Below are positions 41,934 through 53,773 of a stretch of DNA of 64,000 nucleotides, piece after piece. Position 1 is the stretch's first letter. The number at the start of each line of letters is the position of its first letter. The notes beneath the pieces were generated by a model. The model ran no database searches. It was given only the letters and a program-made list of their open reading frames with translations, and was not told the origin of the DNA. The DNA is from Eledone cirrhosa. Its lineage: Eukaryota. A program made the position numbers and the translations under genes. The stretch covers positions 198,896,001 through 198,960,000 of the forward strand of contig OZ024740.1 of the NCBI GenBank assembly GCA_964016885.1, written 5' to 3'.

Positions 41934-44900
41934 TTGATTCTTAAGCCACGCAGTGCTCACATTAAGGAACCACTCATGATAATAACAAATTAAAAAACAA
42001 CAAAAAAGAAATCCCCGTGACCAAGAAATACCGGGATGGTGGCCGGCGGGGATAGCCGTGTCTCTAGTGGAGGACGACCGCTCTTGTCTTGGTTGACACT
42101 CGTTCTAGAAGTGGTAACACGAAAATGATTACCCCTTGGCGGTTAAGAATAAAACGCGACAAAATAAAGTAAATGTCAAATGATAAAATCTCATACCGGA
42201 TCGGCCGTCACCCGGGTCAAAAAGGGCCGTGCCCTCAGAGAGGCACCAGACTGGGGTCGAAAAATGAGCTAATGGTTCAAACCTTCCCATCACTTCGGAG
42301 CTGGAGTCCTCCCATAACCGGCATACTCCTACTGTTGGCCCTCCATGCTCACCACCAAGAAATCCAAAGAAAAAGAGAAAAAAATGGACAAGGGAAGACA
42401 ATAAAGAAGTCATTGAGGCTTTCTACACTGCCATGTACTACCCATCAAATACATCGAATACAGAACAGACATATATCAACTGGAAAAAGAAACATCCCGA
42501 AAAAGAGGCTATATTGACAGTAACAAACTAGCCAATATACGAAGAAATATTGTTAAAAAAAAGTTACTAACTGATATAGAAATTGATCAGATCAAGCTAT
42601 TAGCACAATGTCAGCGAAGGGAAAATGAAATATGTGTCAGTGAAAACGAGGTTAATTGTATCACTTCGAATCCCAGGGTTGGGGCGGAATCACTGACAAC
42701 AGATCAAATTAAAGAAAGGATCGAAAAGGTGGAGGGAGTGCATGCTCAAGATGAAACTCCAAATGAAAACAATGAGATTGTAAATGATAAAGAAATGAAT
42801 GAGAATGAACTTGCTAACTTGAAGGATGAAATTATGATCGAATAGATGAAAATGAAAGAATCTGACATGGGGGAACGAGACACTCTCCCTAATATCCAGA
42901 ACTCCAAATAGAACCAAAAGATAATACACAAGACAAACATAATTCTCAAAAAAATTACCATCACAAACAAACTAAACATTACTGATCTAAATCATCTCTA
43001 TTATGCATCAGTTAAAGTCACCACTCACTTATGTGGAGTGAAAATGAAGAAACAAAGGAATTCGCACGAAGAAATCTACTTGGCAAGAGAACATCAATCG
43101 CCAAATAAACATTCTCCGATCTAACATAGACACTTTAACAAACTACAAAGTAGGTGAACATGTTAAACAAACTAAACTTTGAAAATTGAAAAGAAAATAC
43201 AGTATAAAATCAACAAGTGACATAGACATGCTGATAGAAATAATCAAGCAAAAAGCTGCTCGTATAAGGCGCTTTGAAAAACGATCTAGATTCTATAAGG
43301 ACAATAATATGTTAAAAAACAACCAAAGAAACTTCTAAAGAAAAATTGGCAAGAAAACAATAACTGCTAAATCAATACCATCCAAGAAGGAAGATCAAGA
43401 ATTCTGGGAAAAGATCTGGGCCAAAGAAAAATTTCATAATATACATGCCCCATGGACAGACAGACAAATCAAAGATACAGCTCACCTTGTGGAACAAACA
43501 TGGGAAAATATAACAACTGAACTGTTGCGTTTGGCTCTTAGAAAAACTAGCAAATGGAAATACCCAGGAAAAGACAAAATACCAAATTTCTGGATAAATG
43601 CTTTCACAGAGTCTCATGAGCTGTTAGCCCAACTTTACAATGAAATAGTTAAGGAGCCAGAAAAGATACCATCATGGCTAATTAACCGCATTACATTCCT
43701 ATTTCCGAAGAATGGTGAGACAAACAATCCCAACAATTACAAACCGATAACTTCCTTGACCACAATGTATAACATTTTACCATCAGTCCTAACTGAATAT
43801 ACATATGACCACCTGATAAGAGATGATCTTTTTCACAATAAGCAGAAAGGGCGTAAACGAGGCTCATATGGCTGTAAAGATCAGTTTTTGGTTAACAAAA
43901 TGATACTGGAAGATTGTCATAATAGACACAAAAATCTATCAATTGCTTGGATAGATTATAAAAATAGCATTCGATAGTTTGCCACACAGTTCGATTGAAA
44001 AATGTTTAGAGATTTTCAAAATATCAGGAGGTTCCTGTCATTCAGTATGAAGACATGGAAAACGACACTCCTTTTGAATAGTGAAAAAAGAATCACTGGA
44101 AGCTGGAGAAGTTAATATTTAATTGTGGAATTTTTCAGGGTGACTCTTTATCACCGCTTTTATTCTGCATCGCAACTATACCATTAAGTAAAATGCTCAA
44201 TGAAACAAAACATGGATATAAAGTCTATGACAAAACCATTAATCATTTGTTCTACATGGATGAACTGAAACTATTTGGAAAAAAGGATGAACAATTGCAA
44301 GGGCTATTATCCACTGTGATGCAGTTCAGTGATGAGATTAAAATGGAGTTTGGACTAGATAAATGCGCCAAAGCAACGTTCACCAGAGGAAAGCTGCTGA
44401 AGAGTTCAGACATTAATCTTGATCGGGGGAATGTGATAAGAGAACTTGGTCAAGAGGAAACTTACAAGTATCTAGGTGTTTGTGAAGGAGACGGAATCAA
44501 GCACTTGACAGTGAGGGAAAGGATAAGGAAGGAATGTTACCGCAGAGTAAGAGCGATCTTAAGAACGGAATTGAATGCAAGGAATAGGATCGATGCCATA
44601 AACACGCTTGCCATACCCGTAGTAACCCACAGTTACAATGTCATCAACTAGTCAAGCACAGAGATCCGTAGGCTCGATACAAAAATTAGAAAATTCTTAA
44701 CCATGCACAGAATGCATTACCCTAAGGCAGATACATATAGAATATATCTCCCTAGGAAAGAAGGAGGACGTGGGTTAATCCAGTTAGATATTGCTTTGCA
44801 AACTACAACAATTGGATTATCTACATATCTAAGGGAATCACATGATTGGATGATCAAACTCGTTTTGAAATACGAAAGCATCAAAAGATCATACTCCATT

Positions 44901-45738
44901 ACAAAAGATGCACAAAGATACAGTAATGGACTAGAGATTTCAGAAATTCCATTTACTGCTGAAATGAAAAACACGGGAAAAGCAAAGCAGGTAAAAGTAA
45001 CTGCAAAGAAAGAACTGCTACAGAAACTGGCTAAGAAATGGCAGGAAAAGCCTATGTATGTAAAATACCCAGAAAGAGCTAACAATCCTGATGTTGACAA
45101 AACTTTAACCCATCAGTGGTTGGCACCCTCTGGACTGAAATCGGAGACTGAAGGACTGATTATATCAGCACAAGATCAGTGTCTGCCAACAAAAAATGAC
45201 CAAGCCAACATAATGAAAAATGGATGCAACCCATTATGCCGTGTATGTAAAAAACAACCAGACACCATTGATCATATAATTTCAACGCGCAGTAGTACTA
45301 TAGCTCCAACCGAATACGTAAACAGGCATGACAGATCTGCACAATATATACATTGGATGATGTGTAAGCATTTTGACCTGCCCCATCAAAAGAATTGGTG
45401 GGAGCATCAACCACCTCCCATACTTGAAAAAGATCACATCTCAACTTTGTGGAACTTTAGCATACAAACAGACCGAAAACTAGATGCAAATAGACCCGAT
45501 ATAATACTGAAGGACTTTAAAAAGAGGGTATGCCTGCTAATTGATATGTCCGTTAAAATAGATAAGAATGTATCTATAAAATACATTTGAAAAATTGAGC
45601 AAGTATAAGGACCTGGGGATAGAAATTGGAAAAATGTGGAAATTGAGAACTAAAACAATACCAGTGGTTGTATGCGCTCTAGGAATGATACCTAAGGGAT
45701 GATAACTCGTATGAACATAAAGCAAGATAAATGCAACT

Positions 45739-45739
<1 letters not shown>
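41934..45739 (+). mobile_element. R4/Dong-like family X, near full length, degenerate
   Basis: ORF from 42173 with Myb-like KWT region; KWKYPGKD; IAWIDYK; IFQGDSLSPL; HLFYMDE; LPRKEGGRGL; CRVC..HI..RHD; RPDII. Many stops and a 3' deletion at ~45698; the 5' boundary is uncertain. Confidence 0.88.
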
Positions 45740-45791
<52 letters not shown>

Positions 45792-45793
<2 letters not shown>

Positions 45794-48700
45794 TTTCATT
45801 TATTGGCCACAAGGGCCGACATATAGGGGACAATACAAAAGACTGGGTCAGTGGGGTTTTACAGAAAAATCGAGTAAACAATATGAATAAACAAAGTAAA
45901 AATAACAAAGTAACAATAAAGTAACAATAAAATTACAACAAGAAAAAATTCCCCAATAGGGGGGATGACCACCTAGGGTTCACTCAGGTATCTCACCAGT
46001 CCTGAACAACCCGACAATTCGAGTGCACCCTGGAAGGGCACCCCTCTCCTGTTCAAATTTACCTATCTACAGCCGCATGAGCAGAGTAGGCCCACTCACA
46101 CGGGCTATTCTCGCCACATTCACTCACCTTTCAGCAAATGTACTGGGAGGCAGCACTTCTCTCTCCATCCTAACCTTCCTTTCCAAGTGAAACTTGAAAA
46201 AGTTGATGAGGGATTGGCCGAAGAGAAAAGTGTCTGTCTTCAGTCCTTTCAACCTCGTCCACCATAAAAACCTCTTTCGCTACTACCACCAGACATAGGA
46301 AAATTGCCTGCCCTTCCTGGCCAAAAGAAGGCGGCGGGTCGATCTTCACTATGGACTCGGCCGATAGCCGGATCCGTTCTACACGCGACACCCGCTGTTC
46401 AACATAACTCCACAAGTCAGTAATGCATGGACAATGGACGTGTGCGTGCAGAACGGTTTCGTCGCTCTGCGCGCATCTCGGGCAGGCCCGTCTGACAGCA
46501 CTTCCGTGCCTGTAGAGTTTATCTCGAACCGGCAGTTCCCCCCGGTAGCACTGCCAAGCGAGGGATTTTTGGAAATTATCCATCGCTCCAGCTCGAAAGT
46601 CCTCCGGTACAGACTGGTTAGTTCGACTTCGTTGAATCCCAGAGCCTCTCCGTGTGCGTCGTCGCACTTGCCCACCACTAATCCTCTATAGAACTCGAGA
46701 GTGGAAGTTACACTGACCGCATTGCCCGCCTGGTAGAGAGCAGTGAGTGCCTGGCAACATTCCAGATGCCAGTCACCCAGTCTCGGTCTCTTCTTGACCC
46801 AAGGCTGCAACTCAGTCAAAGAAACGAGCTGCGGAAAGGCCCGTCTGACAAACGCCGACCACACCTGTTCACCATTTAGGCAGAATATCTGGAGTTGCCG
46901 CAGCCTCAGCGCGTGCCTGCGCATCATTAGCCACGGCCTGCCCAGCCCTCCACGTAGAGGGTGCTGGCAGCAGATGGACCGCCTCACCAGCGGAACCTAA
47001 CGCCTCCACAAGAATTTGAAGAGGAGCCGCTTCAAGATGGCGAGGCGCGAACGGGGGCACGGGACGACAGTCAGACGGTAGTAGATGACGGACGCGACAT
47101 ACGCGTTCGCCATCTCCGCCCGACCTTTCAGTGATAGCTTCATCCCAGCCCATTTCTGGGTGAGACTGACTACCTTGCCCGTCACCTCGTATCAATTCTT
47201 ATACACCTGGAGGTGTGGCCCGCACCAAAACCCTAGCAACTTTATCGGTCCGTCCGTCTAGCGCCTAAGGACGCTGTTGGACGGCATGGACTTGCCTCTC
47301 CAGGTGCCGAGTTGCAAGCCTACTGACTTTTCCGGGTTAAGTTTTGCTCCCGTCAACCTTTCATATTCCTCCAATAAGTTGCCGACCACCTCGATTTCTG
47401 AGGTGTCCGACACCATCACGGTGATGTCGTCCGCATAAGCCGACACGGCCTTTCCGCGTCCCGGTTCGAGCGGGTGCCCTGCAACAGCTCCAGGTTCCGC
47501 AGTAAAGGCTCGAGAGTCAATACGTACAGAAGGGAGGAGAGAGGGCACCCTTGACGGACCGATCGGGAGACCTGAAACGGTTCCGAGAGGTGGCCATTAA
47601 TTTTGACCATCGAGCAGGTGCCGCTGTGCATTGTAGCGATCCAGCTTCTGAAGACGGGGCCGAAGCCAGCCGCCTTGAGGACAGCCTCCAGGTACCGATG
47701 GTCGACCCTATAGAATGCTTTCGATTGATCTAAATTGATCAGAGCTCCACCGAAGCCAGGTTTACACACTACCCTCTCTATGATGTATCGCATTAGGTGG
47801 AGGATGTCGTGTATGGACCTGGTTGGGATTGCGCAAGTTTGCGCCTCCCCAACCAAATCCCCGACGACTAGCGCCAACCTCTTCGCTAACACCCTGGCCA
47901 AAATTTTAAACCCTGTGTTGAGCAGAGTTATGGGCCTGAAATTGTCTAATGTGTCCCTCTTGTTCTCGTCTTTCCTTATCAGCGTCACTACGCCCCAGCT
48001 CACAGAACTGGGAATACTCCCGTTTTGCTGCCAGTTGCAGTAGAGGGCTTCGAGGAGATTGGAGAACAAGTCTGGCATATTTACGTAAAGCTCGTAGGGC
48101 AGACCATCCAAACCGTGTGACTTGCACCTCATGCTGCCGACAAGGGCATCCTGAATTTCGGCTGAAGTAATTGGCCTTTCGCAGCGCACAGCGTCAGCCG
48201 TCGAGAGTTGCGGCAAGCCATCGAGCTAGGGACTGAAGTCCGCCACCATCTCTGACCCGCCACTTTCCTTGAACAACCAAGCAAAATGTTGGCGAAATGC
48301 CTCACACATTCTCTTGGTATCGCTCAGCTCGTGCCCGTCTCGGTCCGTCAAAGACCGAATCGTGGTTTTATTACCACGCTGCGCCTCTGCCACGCGGGCC
48401 CATCAAACAGCTTTGGTTCCCTCACTTCTCAGAGCACGCGCCTTAGCTCTGACAATGCAACCTTGGTGTTTCGCATTGAAGAAATGGTCTAATGCCATTA
48501 TCGCCGCTAGCACATCAGTTGCAATGCCACTACCAATAGCCTCGTCTAACTTATCAACCAACTCCCCCTCCTTTCTATTTTTCTCTAATGCTACTTCTTT
48601 GCTGAACTCTATCGACATTACTCTAATCTCTCTTTTGAGAGCCCCACACCATCTATTGTTGACGAATCCCCCTGTCAACTTTCTCTTAACTAAATTGTTG

Positions 48701-51677
48701 ACCTGGTCCCTGCAAGCCTTATGTGCCGGAAATGACATGTTTAGCTTCCAGTTACCAGGTCCTAACCTACGCGTCTTATCTAGGTCGACCATACAGATCA
48801 CAAACTTGTGATCTGAATAGGCGACGGTTTCAAAAAGTGGACAGCTTACACTATCTCTGTCTATTTTCCTAATGAATATCCTGTCTATATACGATCTAGA
48901 TGACCCTATGCGGTTAGTCCAGGTCCACACTGGCGCATTAGGGAAATATAGTCGCTACCTGTCAGACAGTTGGAACTGGCTGATCAGGTTCTTGAGGCTT
49001 TTGCACCCCCACTCCTATCGTATACTCCCACACAGTCCCAGCGTGCGTCTAAGATGCCGTTCCAGTCCCCCGCTAACAGTAAAGGGCGAGACGTACCCAG
49101 AAAGGCTTCCAGGCGTCTAAAGAATTCCGGCCGTCCTGCCCCAGTAGGAGCATAGACGGTCACCAGTCTAAAGGCACCACCTTCATTATTGTTCACGTCC
49201 AGGACCATCAACTTCCCGTCCGGGTCCCAGAATATCGACCTTACCTCGAGATCCAGGCCTTTCCTGCCACTCCGCCTCCCATTCCCGGCCGGCTAACAGA
49301 TGCAAAGATCTGATAGTCGTCGAAAATGGGGGCTAGTGCGCGCGTGTCGGAAATCCTGGTCTCGCTGACTGCAATTACATCCATTTCTATAGACCTGAGG
49401 TCGTTGAGCAGTGACCATGCTTCCAGGACGATACCAGGCCTGGAACATTTAAACATCCTACTCTTAATACGGCCATGTTGGCAGGTAAAACAGAGAGAGA
49501 GAGGAAGGTTTACTTACCTTCCGGGCTCTTGTGAAGGTCGGGTTGTTCGACCTCCATAGTTAGTGGGGTTTCTTTAGGGAACCTCTTTAAAAGTCTTGAA
49601 ATGGGTTTTACGTTCGGGGTTCCCACGTCCCGAGGAAAGCTGTTTCGTATTTCTTTGAATATGTCGAGCGACATTCGCACCAGAACCAAATCTTCCGGCA
49701 CGCGAAATGTGCTCGATTTAAAAATGTCCCCCTCCTTTTGTATATTTTCACTTCGTGCTACGAGGGCCATCAATTCCTTGTTGGCCTTCCTGACGAGCAC
49801 GAAGTTTTGTATGTTTTGTTGATGTGATTAGATTTGTTTGCGTGGCTGTGGTGTTGATGGTTTTGGTGTTGTTGTTTCGGTTGTATCTGTGTTTGTTGTG
49901 AGTGCGGTGTCTGTGGTTTCAGATGTTTGTGTGCATTTTTGTTCTTGCGTCTGTTTCGGTTGTTTGCGTTTGGGGGATTCTGGTGATGGTGATGGTGGTG
50001 TTGATGTTGGTGTTATTGGAGAGATGTTTGCGTGGGTGGTGTCTGCGTTTTTTATTGTGGGTGCTTTTGTGCTTTGTTGAGTTTTTTTTTTCTTTTTGTG
50101 TTTCCTTTTTTGTATTTTGGGTGATTTTGGATTTCCCCCATTTTCACTACTGGTAGATAAGGGGTCTGTGTCTGTAAGTGTGTCTGTATGTATGTTTAAG
50201 GTTTTATTGGTGTGTGTATTTTTGGGGGGAGGTGGAATTCGACACCTTTCCTCGTTTCCCCTCTCGGTGGTCAATGTTGGTGGTGGTCTTTCTATTGGTG
50301 TTGTTGGTGGTGGTTTTGCCGGTGCTGGTGTGGTTGTAGTCCTCGCCCGGCGTCGGCAGCAGTGGAACCTTTCAACCCCTTTCCTCTTTCAGCAGTTGAG
50401 GGCAGAATGCTCGCAAATGGGTTTTTTCCCCACAAACAAAACACTGCGGCCTTTTGCCTTCGGTCATAATGTGAATGACAGTCCCATTCTGAAGGCGGAT
50501 GTGGTCTGGGATTGTCTTCACATTCTCGGGCCTGATCTGGAAAAGGATCTCCAGGTCAACCCCGGACCAGTCCTCTCTGGCCGTTCTGGTCACTTCTATA
50601 GGGACTGTATCCGTCCCCTCCACAATCACACATCCCAGAAGCCACCACATGTCAAGTCCTGGTGGGATTCTGTGAATGCGGAGACGGGCCGTTCTTTTTC
50701 CCATGTGGGAGGGGTATATTATGACGTTGCTGGTTTTGCAAGGAGTCATCGCGTGTTTCATAGCGAGGGCTTCTGACTTGAACAACACCGAAATGGTGCC
50801 GTACTGTCTGCCCCTCTCTATGTACTGGGTGTCTTCTCTGATGCACCTCTGCGCGACTTCAACATCCTCTTGTGGGATTAACGCTGCCCTTTTGGTTTGT
50901 GCTGAGATGCATCTATAATGCACCGTTTTGCGCTCCACTGCCTCAATAGCTTCTACCGGGACAGTTAAGTTGACCCAAGTTTGCTCTTGCTTGATGAGCT
51001 TCCATGCCTGGGCCAACTTTTCATCTTTGTTTGAGAGGTCCATGTTGAAGAATGGCCTCTTTTTTGCTGCTGCCGCAGCGAAAGTGGTCTTGTTCTCGTT
51101 GGGGGTGTTGTTGACGTTGTTCTTGTTGGTGTTGTTGTTAGCACTGTCGCTGTTATCATTGTTGTCTTTGGTGCCACCGTTGTTCTCGATGCAGTTGGTA
51201 TTGTTGCTGTTGGTGTTGTCGCTATTTGTTTTCATGCTAGTGGTGTTGATATTGTTGTTGTATTTGTAATTATTTATTTTTTTTTTGTTATCTGTATTTT
51301 CGTTGTCGCTGTTACTGTCATTTTTTTCAAAATTAGAGTTCTTATTGGTATCATTGGTGTCTTTCTTTACCTTGTTTGTGGTGGTGTTTGTGTTATCAAT
51401 GTGTGTTAATTTCGCTCTAGCGCTCCTCTCAACTTCTACGTCGTTGTCGCTGGGGGGCGTGGCTCAGCCATGTTTTTTTTTTCTTCGTAAATTTTTTAAC
51501 ATGTAAAAAAAGTTCAAATATTTGGGCCAAAAGGCCCAAATATTATACTTTCCCCTTCACGGGGCAAAGTCTAAGGGCTTATATCCCTTACACAACAAGA
51601 AATATTTAACAACAAATAATTTAAACAGGCAAATAAAGCGACTTACTGTGAGCGAGCAAAATACGTCCGCTTAGACC
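45792..51677 (-). mobile_element. Tx1-like non-LTR retrotransposon T2, full length, frameshifted
   Basis: ORF1 50372-51235 (CFVCGEKTHLRAFC) to 49510; ORF2 from 49476: APE (VSET, VYAP, GDWN, SYIDRIF, SDH), RT (VRQGCPLS, SAYADDI), C-terminal CPRC..ETVLH..HC; (AAT)n on both sides. Confidence 0.93.
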
Positions 51678-51697
51678 AATAATAATAAAAATAATAA

Positions 51698-52149
51698 TTT
51701 ACCACATTCTCAGAAGTGATATGAGTATAGGCCAGATAGGTGATAGAAAACGATCAGGTGAAGGTGCTATGGGATTTTAGGATACAGATGGATAAAAAAC
51801 TGGAACACAATAGGCCAGACCTGGTGGTTTTGGACAAGGAAAAAATATTGTGCCTGATTGTAGATATAGACTGCCCATTTGACACGAGAGTGCAAGAAAA
51901 GGAGAGGGAGAAAATTAGCCGATATCAAGACTTAAAGTGGGAGGTAAAAAGGATTTGCAACTACCATGAAGTCAGAGTCGTACCGATTGTCATCGGCACA
52001 CTAGGTACTGTCTCACTTCAAAAGGCATGCTTGCTGGGAACAGCAAGGACCCTCCGATACGTCCTGAATACCTGAGGCTGTAGGTAGCGGCTTGATATTC
52101 ATTTCAACAAACTTTCCAGTTAATTAACATCAATGACTGAGACTCAAAG
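51698..52149 (+). mobile_element. R4/Dong-like family Y, 5'-truncated, small internal deletion
   Basis: ORF 51740-52075: LWDFRIQ..RPDLVV..CPFD..LLGTARTLRYVL. Confidence 0.9.
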
Positions 52150-52158
52150 AACAACAAC

Positions 52159-52203
<45 letters not shown>

Positions 52204-52207
<4 letters not shown>

Positions 52208-53060
52208 GGGAAGAAGAAGACGCACGAGGTGACGGAGGTCATGAAATCGCTCCCGTAAGTTTTGAATTTTTAACTTATTTAAATCATTTGTGAAATAACA
52301 ACTCTTAGTACAAATGCTACGTAAAGCACCCGGCTTGAGCCCAAAAAAATTCGGACCCAAAATATATTGGTATAAGGCTCAAATATTCAAATATTCAACT
52401 TTGTATTGTACACTGTATATCCAAAAAAAAATGGCTATAAATGGAAGAAGAAGAACCCCCCCCCCCTCCTCTCCTCTGGCTACACTATATAGGACAGCTA
52501 AACTCACCAACACCAGAAACTAGATACACCACCCACCCCATCATCTGTGTACACTAAACACAACAGCATTTTCACCTTCACCGCCACCGCTCACTACGGC
52601 CATCATTACCACCACTATCCCATCACCGCCGCCACCACCCCTTGACTCCTTCACTGCTGCTGCCACCGCTACAGCACCATCACTACAGTAATACGGTCGC
52701 ATCACCGCCACCACTGCCTCAGTATCGACATCACCACCACCACTGTCTCAGTATCGCCAGCGCCGCCAGCCTCCCACTTCTCCCTGCTGCTACTACTTCC
52801 ACATTATAGAATCCCTACTACTAACAAAGAGGAAGGCATCAAAATATATAGATAGACTCAAAAGAAAAAAGAAAAAACAAACAACAAAACCAAAGCAGCA
52901 CAGCAACAACAGCAAAAAACGAGAAAAACAAACAGAGTAAAACAAAAACAAAAAAAGAAACCCCAAAAACGTAAAGAAAATAAGATTGAAGAGAGAGGCA
53001 GGCGGACGGACAGAGAAGAGGGGGGAAAAAGTAAAACTTAAAAAACAAAAACTAAGTCAG
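52204..53060. repeat. Unclassified non-coding module Z, copy 2, with CCA-rich and A-rich extension
   Basis: Homologous to 41036-41700 over ~52204-52680. Confidence 0.65.
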
Positions 53061-53284
53061 ACATTCGAATACTACATTACAATGAAACTTATGCTTATCC
53101 ATTTGTGGGGCCCTTTCTGCCCGTGTGTTTGTTTGTTTATGTGTGTTCGTATACAGCGTGGTGATAATGCCACACAAGGGCCAAGTGGGATGGCGGATCC
53201 ACAGATGGCTATGTAAACATACATTCGCCAATCCTCGATAAGAGTGTTTACATATCGAACATAAACAGTTCGAATAACGGTGAA

Positions 53285-53773
53285 ATGGAGACTAGAACGT
53301 CATGTGACAGACTCTCACCCAACAGGTGCCCCCTGGCTCAGCAGCAGGAACCTGACTGTCAACCAAATACTGCTGATGTTGGAGGAAGAAGAAGAAGGAA
53401 AGGGGCCAGAACCAACTGGACGAAAGAATTGAATAGAACTGTTATGCAATGCTACCTGAAAAGTAACCCCAAGGAGAGGGGCTACAGGAGACGGATGCAT
53501 AACATCTGGAACGAGATTGGTTTATTTAAATTAGATGAACAAAAATTGGCCGGGCAGGCTCGGGTAATAAGAACTAATGGGTGGATAAGCGAGCTGGAAC
53601 TGGAGGAACTGAGCAGAGAGAATGGCTTGGAGATGGCGGGTGTAGTATGCCAGACAAGCGAGCCGGTGGGAAATGAAGGTGAGGAGGTCCTGAGAACGGA
53701 GGAACCACCCGAAGCAGACAATGATCTGAATACTGAGATACCTGGAACAGAGATACGGCCACTGAGGAGATGA
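53285..53773 (+). CDS. N-terminal Myb-like segment of the R4/Dong protein
   Basis: RTNWTKELNRTVMQCYLKSNPKERGYRRRMHNIW..EQKLAGQARVI..WISELELEEL. Confidence 0.75.
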   Translation: METRTSCDRLSPNRCPLAQQQEPDCQPNTADVGGRRRRKGARTNWTKELNRTVMQCYLKSNPKERGYRRRMHNIWNEIGLFKLDEQKLAGQARVIRTNGWISELELEELSRENGLEMAGVVCQTSEPVGNEGEEVLRTEEPPEADNDLNTEIPGTEIRPLRR

